Shown: positions 44,349 to 54,818 of the stretch, piece by piece | Layout: each line of letters starts with the position of its first letter | How positions within the stretch are numbered: the stretch's first letter is position 1 | Virus record (IMG/VR): IMGVR_UViG_3300015370_000568 | Location: 1-64,000 of that record | DNA from: a virus | Direction: 5' to 3' (one strand) | DNA length: 64,000 nucleotides | Notes under the pieces: model-generated | The model's input: only the letters and a program-made list of their open reading frames with translations | Told to the model about the DNA's origin: nothing | Database searches by the model: none | Position numbers and translations under genes: made by a program

Positions 44349-45268
44349 TGAATTTTGTACATCTACATGTCCACTCAAGCTATTCAACCCAGGATGGAAT
44401 GATTAAGCCATCCGACTTGGTTGATACTTGTCTAACAAAAGGCTTCATTGCGGCTTGTATTACCGACCATGGTAATCTTAGAGCAGCTCCTATTCAATGG
44501 GAAGAGTGTAAAGGAAAGATTAAGTGTATTCTAGGGATAGAAGCATATCTAACAACAGGCTCACGACATGATAAAGACACACAGCAGCCTAAATCTTGTC
44601 ATTTAATTCTTCTGGCCAAGAATAAAAAAGGCTGGCAGAACCTATTAAAACTCAGTACTCTTTCCTTCCTTGAAGGCTTCTACTACAGTCCTAGATTAGA
44701 CTGGGAGCTATTGAATAGTGACCTAGGGAATGACCTTATTGTTCTTAGTGCATGTATGAGAGGCGAGATAAACTTTACCTCAGCCATTGTGGATGATGAT
44801 AAGAATATTCTTGGCTGGGATAGTAATAAAATGCAGACAGCTGTTGAAAAATATCTTGCTCGCTTTGGAGATGATTTCTTCATTGAACTACAAGCTACAG
44901 CTTGGAGTGGTCAAGCTGCTCTAAATGAGCAACTCGTAGACATGGCAGTTAAGACAGGTATTCCCCTAGTAGCAACTACTGATGCCCATTTTTTAACTCA
45001 GGATAGCTATAAAGCTCATCAAGCAATGGTTTCTCTTAGACGAGGGACTAATCTAAAAGAGATAGAAGCAAAAGGTACTGAACTATATGGGTCTTGGTTC
45101 TATCTTCAGACTCCAGAGGAAATGGAACAGTTTCTTCCTTCTAATTATGCTTATGAAGCTCTAAACAATACAGGTATCATAGCTTCAATGATTGAAGAGT
45201 TTGATATTGGATTAAATCCTGGCAAGCCTTTCTTAGTAGAATGGGTTGATGATGGACCCGGTAACTAA
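44348..45268 (+). CDS. dnaE: DNA polymerase III alpha, N-terminal PHP domain as a separate gene
   Basis: FVHLHVHSSYS.DG, ITDHGN, GIEAY, HLILLAKN, LSACMRGE, ATTDAH. Confidence 0.92.
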   Translation: MNFVHLHVHSSYSTQDGMIKPSDLVDTCLTKGFIAACITDHGNLRAAPIQWEECKGKIKCILGIEAYLTTGSRHDKDTQQPKSCHLILLAKNKKGWQNLLKLSTLSFLEGFYYSPRLDWELLNSDLGNDLIVLSACMRGEINFTSAIVDDDKNILGWDSNKMQTAVEKYLARFGDDFFIELQATAWSGQAALNEQLVDMAVKTGIPLVATTDAHFLTQDSYKAHQAMVSLRRGTNLKEIEAKGTELYGSWFYLQTPEEMEQFLPSNYAYEALNNTGIIASMIEEFDIGLNPGKPFLVEWVDDGPGN

Positions 45269-47822
45269 ACTGACTAGACTAACTCGCGGAGGTATGAAAC
45301 TTCGTGGAGTCGAAGGGAAAAAAGAATATGAAGCCCGGCTTACTTATGAATTAGGAGTTATCACACGTTTCCATCTTGAAAGCTACTTTCTCAATGTCTG
45401 GGACTTAGCAGTTCGCTTTGCCAAGAAACAAGGCATCCTACTAGGTCCCGGTAGAGGCAGTGCGCCATCCTCATTAGTTCTATACTGTCTAGGAGTAACT
45501 CACCTTGACCCTATTCAAGAGAAGCTACCATTTGAGCGATTTCTTAATGAGGGGCGTCTAGAAACTGGTCACTTACCAGACGTTGATTTGGATTTTACCA
45601 AAGCTGGCCGGGAGAAAGTAGTCAAGTATCTCATCGAGAAATACGGAAAAGATAATGTCGTTGGTATCGGTACAGTAGGAACTTATGAAGCTAGGTCCTC
45701 AATTAAATCTGCTGCTCGGGCTTTAGATCTCCCCTACATTGTAGGAGAAAAGCTGAATAAGCTTCTCCCACCACCTCTTCATGGGTTCCCTCTATCTCTA
45801 GCTGAGAGCTATGATAAGGTTCCTGAACTCAGAGCTATGAGGTTTAATCCTGAGTTTGAAGGCACAGATGAGAACCAAGTATTAAGTTTAGCTGAACAGT
45901 TCGAAGGACACGTACAAAATGTAGGTCAGCATCCAGCAGGAATAGTTATCTCGCCTGTCCCTGTTGTTAATCTTGCTCCTCTATGTACTGCTAAGAAGTC
46001 AGAGTTTCCTATTGCTCAATGGACAATGGAGACAGTAGAGAAATTAGGGTTCATCAAGTATGATTTACTAGTCATTTCTAACTTAGATATCATTGAGGAT
46101 ACTATTAAGTTAGTTAAAGACCGTCAAGGTATTGAAATAGATATCTATTCTGTGCCAGATGATGACAGAGTTTGGCGAATGCTGAATACAGGACTCCTTT
46201 CTGGTATCTTTCAGCTAGAAGGTTCACCAGGAATGAAGTCCATGGCGACTAGGATTGGAATGTCATCTCGCCAGCATATTTCTGATATCCTAGCCCTATA
46301 TAGACCTGGTCCAGTATCAGCAGGACTATTAGAACAATACATTAGAGTAAAAAGAGGACAAGATACTTCTAAATATCTTCATCCTGGTCTTCAACCTATA
46401 CTAGAAGAAACATACTCAGCTCTAGTTTATCAAGAGCAAGTACTAAGAATTGCCTCCGAACTAGCTGGGTTTAGTCTCATTGATGCAGATATCATGCGAG
46501 ATATTCTGGGCAAGAAAAAGAAAGAAAAAATGCCCGAACAACGAGAAAAGTTTATCTCTGGACTTATTCAGAACTCAGATTTTACTGAAACCAAGGCTAA
46601 TGAACTATTCGATACTATTGAAGTTTATGCCGCGTACTGCTTTAACCGATCACACAGTAGGGCATATGCTCAGCTCTCTTACTGGACAGCCTATCTTAAG
46701 GCTCTCTATCCTCTTGAGTTCATGCTCTCATTGATGACACATCGCAGAAAGAAGTTAGAAGCTTTCCCGCTCTATATTCATGAGTGTAGAGAGCTAGGAT
46801 TAAAAGTAACCCCGCCGGATATTAACGAAAGCGGAGTCAGCTTTTCTCCTATTGGCAATGACACTCTGCGTTGGGGCCTAGGGGCTGTCAAGGGAGTAGG
46901 TAAAGGGGCCAAGACTATTATTCAAGAAAGAGCCCAGGGTCCATTCAAAAGTGTAGCTGACTTTGTCTTGCGAACACAAGGTCTAAATAGAAAGGTCTAT
47001 GAAGCTCTGATTAAAGCCGGGACTGTTGATTCAATTGTAAAGAACAGAGGTCTAGCATTAGCTGAGTTGGACGCTGCATTGAAACTGAGAGATGATGTTC
47101 CCCGTTATCAAGCAAAGCTTGCTACTTATGAGAAGCGCTTGCTTCAAGCAGAAGAACGACTGATTGAGATAGATAAATTAGTCGCCGCTAATACTCCTAA
47201 ATCTAAGGTTCCTAAACCTTTCAAAGAACCAGAGAAGCCTAAAGCTCCTGAACTCACCGTCTTTGATAGTGAGCCTTCCAGTCAGACAGAAGACCTCAAC
47301 TGGGAAAAAGAACTACTAGGAACTTATGTCTCAAGTCATCCTGCTGCTCTAGCTTATGTTGAGACCCAACCAATTGATACAGCAATTGCTGAGGCTATTG
47401 ATGGTCAAGGTATTCAACTATCGGGAGTAATTGATGAGGTAACTGTTAAGAGGTCAAAAGCAGGGAGACAATTTGCAACAGGTACTCTTAGTGATAGTAC
47501 TGGGCAAATACGTTTCCTTTGTTTTGAAGATACAGTTAAGGCTCGCCGGGCTCTATTAAAAACTGGAAGTCTTGTAAAACTTACAGGAAAGATACAACGA
47601 AGAGAAGAAGCAGAAGACCCAGAAATAATTGTTGGAGATGTCCATATTCTAGGTAAAAAACATGAGACCAGACAAGCAATGAGTATCAAGTCAGATAGGA
47701 TCCTTACGCCTACGGGAGTAAGAGACTTCCTTGAAGAGACAGAATGGCATAGACGACCAGACCCCTTCTCTCTTACGATTCAAATGCAATCAGGAACACG
47801 AGTAATTCTTACACGAGGTTAA
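45246..47822 (+). CDS. dnaE: DNA polymerase III alpha, catalytic part
   Basis: GPGRGSA, FERFLN, PDVDLDF, HPAGIVI, KYDLL, YRPGP, YQEQ, FNRSHS, PPDIN, C-terminal OB fold. Confidence 0.95.
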   Translation: MMMDPVTKLTRLTRGGMKLRGVEGKKEYEARLTYELGVITRFHLESYFLNVWDLAVRFAKKQGILLGPGRGSAPSSLVLYCLGVTHLDPIQEKLPFERFLNEGRLETGHLPDVDLDFTKAGREKVVKYLIEKYGKDNVVGIGTVGTYEARSSIKSAARALDLPYIVGEKLNKLLPPPLHGFPLSLAESYDKVPELRAMRFNPEFEGTDENQVLSLAEQFEGHVQNVGQHPAGIVISPVPVVNLAPLCTAKKSEFPIAQWTMETVEKLGFIKYDLLVISNLDIIEDTIKLVKDRQGIEIDIYSVPDDDRVWRMLNTGLLSGIFQLEGSPGMKSMATRIGMSSRQHISDILALYRPGPVSAGLLEQYIRVKRGQDTSKYLHPGLQPILEETYSALVYQEQVLRIASELAGFSLIDADIMRDILGKKKKEKMPEQREKFISGLIQNSDFTETKANELFDTIEVYAAYCFNRSHSRAYAQLSYWTAYLKALYPLEFMLSLMTHRRKKLEAFPLYIHECRELGLKVTPPDINESGVSFSPIGNDTLRWGLGAVKGVGKGAKTIIQERAQGPFKSVADFVLRTQGLNRKVYEALIKAGTVDSIVKNRGLALAELDAALKLRDDVPRYQAKLATYEKRLLQAEERLIEIDKLVAANTPKSKVPKPFKEPEKPKAPELTVFDSEPSSQTEDLNWEKELLGTYVSSHPAALAYVETQPIDTAIAEAIDGQGIQLSGVIDEVTVKRSKAGRQFATGTLSDSTGQIRFLCFEDTVKARRALLKTGSLVKLTGKIQRREEAEDPEIIVGDVHILGKKHETRQAMSIKSDRILTPTGVRDFLEETEWHRRPDPFSLTIQMQSGTRVILTRG

Positions 47823-47920
47823 TATGTCCGAACAAAAGAAACCTGACAATGGTATACCTCTCTTTCCTTTACTATGTGCCGGGGTAATTATTACCTCAAT
47901 AGCTCTTCCTGCTCTGCTAA

Positions 47921-48307
47921 TTGCTGGAGGACTCTATCTACTTACCAGAGGTAAAGATGACTGACATTATTGCTTACATTGCCGGTCCCTACCGAGCTAA
48001 GACAGAGTGGGAAGTAAACAGGAACATTGAACGAGCTAGACTAGTAGCTGCAAGAGTAGCAAAGCTCGGCCTTATGTTCATCTGTCCACATCTGAATAGT
48101 GCTCATATGGGAGGCACTGAGCCAGAAGAGATAGGTCAAGATTTCTGGCTAGAAGGATACCTAGAAATTCTTAGCCGCTGCGACTTAATTGTCTTTACAG
48201 AAGGGTGGGAAGATTCACAAGGCTCAGTAGCTGAAGAGGGACTAGCCCATCAGCTAGGCCTCAACATCTACTATTCAATTGAGGAGCTAGAAAAAGAAGG
48301 GGTGTAG
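47921..48307 (+). CDS. DUF4406/nucleoside 2-deoxyribosyltransferase-like protein
   Basis: YIAGPY, CPHLN, GWEDSQGS..E. Confidence 0.7.
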   Translation: MLEDSIYLPEVKMTDIIAYIAGPYRAKTEWEVNRNIERARLVAARVAKLGLMFICPHLNSAHMGGTEPEEIGQDFWLEGYLEILSRCDLIVFTEGWEDSQGSVAEEGLAHQLGLNIYYSIEELEKEGV

Positions 48308-48314
48308 TGAAAGC

Positions 48315-48989
48315 ATGGAAGAAACAATCAGAGACCTCTATCGAGAAGTAGATAACTGTCAAGACTGTGAGTTATATCTCCTACATTCTCGTACACCTAG
48401 ACCTAGACCTGTAGGTAATCCTCGGTCTAAGGTTATGGTTATTGGTGAGTGTCCAGGAGAAGTAGAAGAGCGACTCTCTAAAGTCTTTGTAGGTCCTGCT
48501 GGCCAATTATTAGGGAGAATGCTACAGGCCATTGATGTTGATGTCTATGAAGACGTCTACCTTTGTAACGTAGCTAAGTGTAGGCCAGCATCAGCATCAG
48601 GGTCAGGACGACAGAATGACACACCTATGCTTGAGTACAGACAGATTTGTACCAAGAAGTTTCTATCCCGTGAGATGGATATTATCAGGCCCAAAGCTAT
48701 TATTGCTCTAGGTAAGTCCGCTACGATTGCTTTGACTGGCCACCCAACGACTGTAACAATGCGGCGGCTTCTAGGGCTTCACCCCCCGACAACAGACGTA
48801 AAGCTTCAAGATAGAGTACTTTGGAGGACACCAGATAATTCAGAAGACCTAGAATGGATATACGCAATTTATCATCCAAGCATGTTTTTACATACAAGTA
48901 GTGATGAACAAAAGACAATTGAACTTAAGAGGGTACAATGGGAACATCTAAAAGAAATCGCAAAGTTACTAAATCAAATCAAAGGGTAA
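48315..48989 (+). CDS. family 4 uracil-DNA glycosylase
   Basis: CQDCEL, IGECPG..E, FVGPAGQLL, NVAKCRP, YHPS. Confidence 0.9.
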   Translation: MEETIRDLYREVDNCQDCELYLLHSRTPRPRPVGNPRSKVMVIGECPGEVEERLSKVFVGPAGQLLGRMLQAIDVDVYEDVYLCNVAKCRPASASGSGRQNDTPMLEYRQICTKKFLSREMDIIRPKAIIALGKSATIALTGHPTTVTMRRLLGLHPPTTDVKLQDRVLWRTPDNSEDLEWIYAIYHPSMFLHTSSDEQKTIELKRVQWEHLKEIAKLLNQIKG

Positions 48990-49405
48990 GACGAACAGAG
49001 TTTGGCCAATCAATGGCTACAATAGCACAAGGGATGCTATTACAGGCAGGTGATGCAACCTACCAATTATCAAGACTCGTAGACCTAGTCCTCCATGCCT
49101 GCCAATCGTTGGCTGTGAAAGACCAGGCTGAGTGGGTAGATGCTGAGCAAGGGTTAGTTCGGTTTAAGACAGAATTGCAGGCTAAAGTTCAACAACTATT
49201 AGGAGGAGTAGGACAGTATGGACCAGCAGGAAGTGAATCGACAAGTGACAGCAGCTCTAGAGGAATTCAACCAGAAGATGGAGATGTTAGAGGGGGAACT
49301 GGGAATGTTGAGGAGACAGTATGCCGAAGTGGGGAAGACGCTGTTACAGGTGACTCAGAACCATATAGCCTTGGAGACAGCGATGAGGAACAAAGGGCTG
49401 ATTAG
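48938..49405 (+). CDS. hypothetical protein
   Basis: ORF; the 3' part overlaps the next gene. Confidence 0.45.
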   Translation: MGTSKRNRKVTKSNQRVRRTEFGQSMATIAQGMLLQAGDATYQLSRLVDLVLHACQSLAVKDQAEWVDAEQGLVRFKTELQAKVQQLLGGVGQYGPAGSESTSDSSSRGIQPEDGDVRGGTGNVEETVCRSGEDAVTGDSEPYSLGDSDEEQRAD

Positions 49406-49511
49406 TCGAGCGGAGATTGAAACGGCTTATGACGAAAAAATCAATGAGCTCATCCAACAAGGGACCAATCCAGCGACCGGGATGCCTTTGGTCAACAGAT
49501 GGCCACACTAG
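49218..49511 (+). CDS. coiled-coil hypothetical protein
   Basis: AGGAGG upstream. Confidence 0.55.
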   Translation: MDQQEVNRQVTAALEEFNQKMEMLEGELGMLRRQYAEVGKTLLQVTQNHIALETAMRNKGLISRAEIETAYDEKINELIQQGTNPATGMPLVNRWPH

Positions 49512-49788
49512 GAACTGGATTGCTGCTACAGTAAAACGGCTACAGGACCAAACACAGCAACTAGTAGAGGCAATGACAAAGGTTAGAGACCTGGCTCATG
49601 ATACTGGCGAGGATTTCTATAATCTCATTGAGATATACCAAGAGATGAGTTTCGTGCAAAAACAGGCTTATGAAGCTGCTGGTATATTAGAGAACATTCT
49701 TAATGAAGAGGAAGTAAACTCAGAGGTCCATGCTAAACTTCAGGAAGTATGGGATCTGCTTACTAAAGCTTCTGATGCTCTGCTATAG
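49417..49788 (+). CDS. helical hypothetical protein
   Basis: Last + strand ORF before the convergence point. Confidence 0.5.
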   Translation: MKRLMTKKSMSSSNKGPIQRPGCLWSTDGHTRNWIAATVKRLQDQTQQLVEAMTKVRDLAHDTGEDFYNLIEIYQEMSFVQKQAYEAAGILENILNEEEVNSEVHAKLQEVWDLLTKASDALL

Positions 49789-50073
49789 CTGTTGTTTCTC
49801 ATAGGTAATCTTCACACAATCACCTATTAACCACTCGATCTTCTTTACATGCCGGCGAGCTTTCAGAACATTAGCCAGCCATTCTGCTATCTCATTAGCT
49901 GGCTGAATGTGAATATTCTGAATACCAGCAGGACGTAATGTATCTGTAACAATAGGCTCTTCAGGTTCTGATCGTTCTCGTTGCATTTGTTCCATACTAC
50001 GAAGTCTTTGTGGTTCCATTGGTGGCTGCTGTGGAATGATTCCTCGAGGCATATTAGGCATTACTTCTGGCAT
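49783..50073 (-). CDS. hypothetical protein
   Basis: Convergent ORF with GAAGGGAG RBS. Confidence 0.55.
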   Translation of the reverse strand: MPEVMPNMPRGIIPQQPPMEPQRLRSMEQMQRERSEPEEPIVTDTLRPAGIQNIHIQPANEIAEWLANVLKARRHVKKIEWLIGDCVKITYEKQQL

Positions 50074-50259
50074 TAGATAACTCCCTTCAGTGATAAAATA
50101 GCAGGTATAGCTACTTTCTGCAATAGTTAATAACCCAGGACCTTTTAGCTCTCAGGAGAGAGCAGATTTCTGAAAAGGTGAGCATAAGATGACGAGAATG
50201 TTCAATAAATACTTCCGCTGAAGTAATCTTATCAAACTTAAAACCTCGTCGACGGTCTA

Positions 50260-50880
50260 CTAACATTCCCAATAAGCTATCTCTCTACTATATCTCTTAC
50301 TAATATCATGATAAGACCAAATCTCTGGAACTTCAAGTGAAGAAAAGAACTTGTAAGCTTCTGTCCCTTTCCCACCAGCAACAACAACCAGCTTCTGAAA
50401 CTCATCAGGATAGAACCTCTTGAAGCGTTTCATTTTTACTCTATCTCCTGGACGAAGATATCCTTTTACCTCTACCCAATGTTCATTCTTGTTAGCTAAA
50501 GTAATAAGAAAATCAGGAGTATAATGGCGATTCCCTCGTCTAAATGATTCATACCAGAAGGTATGAGGTTCATATTCCCAGGAGACTACTTTGAATTCTT
50601 TGTTTTTCTTCTTGCTCCATTCAAAGAATCTTGCACAATTAGCTTCCCAAGAAGAACGAACATATAAGTTATCAAGGTCACTACGTTTTCCTTGTCGTGT
50701 ACCAGTGGCTGGGTTAACTAGGATAGGTGCATCTTTTGCTCTGATTTTTGCGAGATGAGCTTTAACCGTAGTAGGAGCACGAGCTAGGGCTATACCTAGT
50801 TGGGCCAGAGGTAGCTTTTTATAGTTTGCAGCCAGCCATTCTTCTTCAACGGGCGACCATGGGCGCGTCTTTTGAGCCAT
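50260..50880 (-). CDS. PD-(D/E)XK endonuclease with N-terminal HTH
   Basis: RSSWEAN, WEYEP, YTPDF, WVEVKG. Confidence 0.8.
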   Translation of the reverse strand: MAQKTRPWSPVEEEWLAANYKKLPLAQLGIALARAPTTVKAHLAKIRAKDAPILVNPATGTRQGKRSDLDNLYVRSSWEANCARFFEWSKKKNKEFKVVSWEYEPHTFWYESFRRGNRHYTPDFLITLANKNEHWVEVKGYLRPGDRVKMKRFKRFYPDEFQKLVVVAGGKGTEAYKFFSSLEVPEIWSYHDISKRYSREIAYWEC

Positions 50881-50893
50881 AGTTCTTCTACTT

Positions 50894-51619
50894 TTACACG
50901 ATCAAATAGTGGGGCGTAAGACTAGCACCGCGAATCTGTTTAAGATCCGCGGCACATTTTTTGGTCCTCCTTCCCCATATACCATCTACTTCTAGTTGTA
51001 CGTCAATAACTCTTTTGAGTATCTTCTGAGCTTGTTCTGCTACTCTACGTCGAACAATGTTCATCTCTACAGCTCGACCTGGACAAGTCTTTCTCAACCT
51101 TTTATGACCTTTCTTATCTAAAAACCAGCCTGTTCCTTTAAGTTCTCTGTGTCCTAAAACAGCTTCATAAGGGTTAAGGCCCAAGTATAAACAAGTAGCA
51201 GCCGCCCAGATAATGAAATTGGAAAGCTGAGCATCTGTTGGGGCTCTATCAAAAGCTGGTGAAGGCTGTGTAGGTCGATACATGAGACAAGCACCTAGGG
51301 AATTAGCATTATGGCCTCCAGCGTGCCATACAAGGTCTTCCCAGGCATTGCAGTGAATACGTTCTCCATCCTTCATGAATACTTCATGATAGCTAATACC
51401 TGGTAGGCCTAACGGGTCAATTAGATTTCTACCATCTTGACTCCAGCCAAGAGTAATAGCATCAGGGTGAAAGCCTTTCACATCATATTGCCAGAGGTCT
51501 TCAATAGTCCAATCAATATCTGAACAATGTAGGATAATGTATTTAATAGAATGAAGACCACGTCGTCTCCATTGTTTTGAAGAGACAAAGAGAGGATTTA
51601 CGGTAAGGTCTTTCGCCAT
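50894..51619 (-). CDS. N-acetylmuramoyl-L-alanine amidase (endolysin)
   Basis: IILHCS, ISYH, WHAGGHN, GHRE, KTCPG; peptidoglycan-binding-like VDGIWG. Confidence 0.85.
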   Translation of the reverse strand: MAKDLTVNPLFVSSKQWRRRGLHSIKYIILHCSDIDWTIEDLWQYDVKGFHPDAITLGWSQDGRNLIDPLGLPGISYHEVFMKDGERIHCNAWEDLVWHAGGHNANSLGACLMYRPTQPSPAFDRAPTDAQLSNFIIWAAATCLYLGLNPYEAVLGHRELKGTGWFLDKKGHKRLRKTCPGRAVEMNIVRRRVAEQAQKILKRVIDVQLEVDGIWGRRTKKCAADLKQIRGASLTPHYLIV

Positions 51620-52149
51620 ATTTTCTGCTTTCGGTACTGTTCCTTTCTGTACTGTCTGGCTCTATCCAAGAGTTCTTTCTTTCTTTTACTAGAAGGTTTA
51701 GGAAGCTGAATAGTAGAGTGACTCATGGTCTCTAAAGCTTCCTGAATCCTTGGTAATAGAACCTCCTCTGGTTTCTCATTATATTGTATCACAACATAGC
51801 CAAAACCAGCAGAGCGTGCTGCAGTTTCTTTTGCACTGTCCTGTTCCTGGATTTCTTTTAACCCAGGAGTTTTTATACAGGTACGACAGTCGATTTTTGT
51901 ATCTACTCGCGGCCCCCATTGAACTAATTGACTATGCTGCTCCCCATGACATTCAATAACTACTTTCAAGTCTAGAATTACCCAATCATATCGAGCTCTT
52001 CCATTAGGCCATGATGGATTTATTTTCTGGACAGGGTATTCTTGGTAGATACGATAACATGGATAGGTTTGACGCAGCCAGTCACCGACTGAACGATGTA
52101 GTTTACTGGCTGATTTTCGGTAAGCGAACTGGAGACGTCTAGATTTCAA
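51598..52149 (-). CDS. Vsr/DUF559-like endonuclease
   Basis: YDWVI..LKVVIECHGEQH...D..K. Confidence 0.7.
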   Translation of the reverse strand: MKSRRLQFAYRKSASKLHRSVGDWLRQTYPCYRIYQEYPVQKINPSWPNGRARYDWVILDLKVVIECHGEQHSQLVQWGPRVDTKIDCRTCIKTPGLKEIQEQDSAKETAARSAGFGYVVIQYNEKPEEVLLPRIQEALETMSHSTIQLPKPSSKRKKELLDRARQYRKEQYRKQKIWRKTLP

Positions 52150-52542
52150 CTACTTAGCAGCTAGCTCAAAAACTAGAGCTTTACCTTTGGGAATATCAGA
52201 GAAGAGAAGCATTTCGTTAGAAACAGTAATTTGTAATCCTCGTTTAGACTGTGCTAAATATTCTCTAAAACGAATAGTGACCAAATCACATCCATCGATA
52301 GTTACAAAACAGCTGACATTATCAGCTAGTTCTTCAGGGTCAGAAGGCACGTCTTTGTAAGGGCGAAAGTGTGTCTCTTTCATCTGACAATCAGGATATA
52401 CAGCACACTCTGCAAGAGGCTTCATTGCTTCAATAGGAACAGCAAATAGAAGATGTCTCCAATCAAGATGGACATAATAATACGTGCCATCTGTATAACA
52501 TTCTTGTCCTTCTAATGTAGAAATGAGTAGTGTATTATTCAT
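52150..52542 (-). CDS. hypothetical protein
   Basis: Coupled ORF. Confidence 0.55.
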   Translation of the reverse strand: MNNTLLISTLEGQECYTDGTYYYVHLDWRHLLFAVPIEAMKPLAECAVYPDCQMKETHFRPYKDVPSDPEELADNVSCFVTIDGCDLVTIRFREYLAQSKRGLQITVSNEMLLFSDIPKGKALVFELAAK

Positions 52543-52975
52543 CTTTAATCCTTTCTATATCTTCTTTAGCCTGACTATCGATAGAGGTGACATCAAAAAC
52601 CAGGACTTCTTCTGTGATGATATCGTCTACACTAACTCCCCAAGTTCTCTCCTTGAACTTACAAGTGAAGGTTTTCCAAATCACAGGAGGTTTATTGTTC
52701 TCTCCAAAATTATGTAAGACTTCAATTCGACATGTACCAACATTAGATTCCCACATTTCAGGTAAGACATTATCACCAAAATCTACAAGCCGCAGAGTAA
52801 GAGTGAACGAATAGGGTTCTTGAGTACATTTTACATCAACAGAAGAACAGCTTGGTACGTATTCTCCATTGATATGTATTCGAGTATCAACTCCACTAGG
52901 AGAATAAACACTATATGGCTTAGAATCACCTAACTGATAGACTGGAACTTTATTCTGGATTGCTGCCATTAACAT
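52535..52975 (-). CDS. hypothetical protein, paralog of 61194..61724 (possible tail-tube-like fold)
   Basis: DFGDNVLPEMW versus DQGKNLLPELW; GVSVDDIITEE. Confidence 0.55.
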   Translation of the reverse strand: MLMAAIQNKVPVYQLGDSKPYSVYSPSGVDTRIHINGEYVPSCSSVDVKCTQEPYSFTLTLRLVDFGDNVLPEMWESNVGTCRIEVLHNFGENNKPPVIWKTFTCKFKERTWGVSVDDIITEEVLVFDVTSIDSQAKEDIERIKDE

Positions 52976-53438
52976 ACCTCTCTCTTAGTTTCTGTGCTTC
53001 TTCTACACTCATAACAGAAACGAGATGATATGTCCCATTTCTATTAGCTTGGTCTGCATTTTGTTTTAGAAGGCCTAGAGATACTACGAAAAAACATCCT
53101 CGAACTGAATTACCATCTTCTCTAGTTAGAACAATCTCTAAGACATTTTCGTTTTCCTTCAGGTGACTTTGTCCTTTTACTTTTTCACTAACTGGGGCTC
53201 CATGAGCAAGATAATATATTCCTTCCCAGCAGATAGCATTGTCATCAACCAGAGTTTCTCTGCGAACATAAGGAGTATCGTAAGGAGTGTCGAGAAGAAG
53301 CCAATCGGCAACTGTAAAAATTGTTCCTGGAAAATCAGGAAGAGTGACTAAATAATTGTCTTGACCATCTGCCCAGATAGGATAATTTTCAGGAAGACAA
53401 CGAACAATAACATCAGACTGTCTATTCTTGGAGGCCAT
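52950..53438 (-). CDS. hypothetical protein
   Basis: GAGG RBS; coupled ORF. Confidence 0.55.
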   Translation of the reverse strand: MASKNRQSDVIVRCLPENYPIWADGQDNYLVTLPDFPGTIFTVADWLLLDTPYDTPYVRRETLVDDNAICWEGIYYLAHGAPVSEKVKGQSHLKENENVLEIVLTREDGNSVRGCFFVVSLGLLKQNADQANRNGTYHLVSVMSVEEAQKLRERYVNGSNPE

Positions 53439-53441
53439 AAT

Positions 53442-54005
53442 CTACCTCATTCCGGGAGTAGATTCTCGAATAGCAATGACTTGTCGGATATGATTCATTC
53501 TATCAACAATTCTTTGACGAACATCATCTCTTAATGATGAAGGAAGAGAGTCTAAATACAGTTGGGCGGAATCAGGAAATTTACCTGTCCGTTTCCACTC
53601 TTGAAAGTTTTTGACTTCAGAGCTGAGACTAGGAGAAATTTGAAGAGCTTGTTTTTCATAGTCAGTCAATCGAGGAGTACGCTCATTAGCAAATCCATGA
53701 CGATGACGTAGCTCTTCAATAAAATGAATCATTTCAATACCGTTGAGACTTGGGGCCATTGAACTAGCACCTACTGGTCGCCATTCTTCGATAAAATGGG
53801 CAAGAGCTTCCCAGCGTTCATCTTCTTCTATTTTTTGTAAAGACCCACCAGTGATTTCTTCAAGATAGAATTGTCTATCCCAAAGAGTTACGTAATAGAT
53901 ATACTCCCTTACTCCTTCATGTACTGTAGCAAGATGCCAGATAGCATTAGGACACTCTGGTATCTTCAAAGGAAAAGGATTGGTATCAATCATCTTGAAA
54001 CTCAA
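53442..54005 (-). CDS. hypothetical protein
   Basis: GAGG RBS; coupled ORF. Confidence 0.55.
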   Translation of the reverse strand: MSFKMIDTNPFPLKIPECPNAIWHLATVHEGVREYIYYVTLWDRQFYLEEITGGSLQKIEEDERWEALAHFIEEWRPVGASSMAPSLNGIEMIHFIEELRHRHGFANERTPRLTDYEKQALQISPSLSSEVKNFQEWKRTGKFPDSAQLYLDSLPSSLRDDVRQRIVDRMNHIRQVIAIRESTPGMR

Positions 54006-54006
54006 G

Positions 54007-54489
54007 TTAATACCTCTCTGTAACCCATGCAGGCTGATTATTCACTAATCTAGTAGGATTAGAAAATACTTTATCATCAGGGACAGAAGTTTTATCTCTC
54101 CGCCGAGTAGATAATTTAATCCCTAGTGCTTGAAATTTCTTCTTTCTATTCAAGACTTTGAATACTCTAAAAGCAGCATCATCAGCTTCTTTTTCATCAT
54201 CAAAGCCATTAGCATGAGCTAATTCATGAAGAAGAGTAAGAATGATAATAGCTATAGGCCGTTCAGCAAGACAAAGCGAAGCATGAACACTTTCCATATC
54301 AGGGTCCCAAGCAGCAAGAATATCTGCAACACTGAACCCGTTCTCTCTTTCGAACTCAATCTTATCTATTGCAATATGCTTAGCGAGAGCTACACCATCC
54401 CAATGCCAGACCAGATGAGGCTTGACTTCCCAATCTGCAGGTAAGCACTGTAACAGTACTTTGTATAGACAATGGGTTGTTCGAACCAT
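54007..54489 (-). CDS. HEXXH metallopeptidase-like protein
   Basis: TLLHELAHA...E..AD. Confidence 0.6.
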   Translation of the reverse strand: MVRTTHCLYKVLLQCLPADWEVKPHLVWHWDGVALAKHIAIDKIEFERENGFSVADILAAWDPDMESVHASLCLAERPIAIIILTLLHELAHANGFDDEKEADDAAFRVFKVLNRKKKFQALGIKLSTRRRDKTSVPDDKVFSNPTRLVNNQPAWVTERY

Positions 54490-54491
54490 CT

Positions 54492-54818
54492 CTATTGCTT
54501 CTTAATCCGCTCATTATGTGCATCTGCAGCATCCATAGCTGCATTATAGGCATCTAAATCCTTCTTAGGTAGGCCTACAGTCATTGCAGGAGCTGAAGAT
54601 AGAGCACCACACTTTAGACAACGAGCAAAAGCAATAGACGGCTCTTTAATCTGAAGACCGCCTCCAATAGGAGAATTGAGAAGATTGACTCTGACAGCCA
54701 AAACCTCTTCAAACCATTCACAGCCACAATCATTACATTTGGCCGTTTCAATCTTCTGAATGAGTCTCTTAACTGCCTCATCTTGTGCGCTTGCTACGCC
54801 TTCCCACTGTTGAACCAT
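54492..54818 (-). CDS. Zn-ribbon protein
   Basis: CNDC ... CLKC. Confidence 0.6.
   Translation of the reverse strand: MVQQWEGVASAQDEAVKRLIQKIETAKCNDCGCEWFEEVLAVRVNLLNSPIGGGLQIKEPSIAFARCLKCGALSSAPAMTVGLPKKDLDAYNAAMDAADAHNERIKKQ

Noticed and set aside
45200-45320. Split intein at the dnaE break
   Set aside because: No Cys/Ser-initiated IntN block and no HN-ending IntC block on either side
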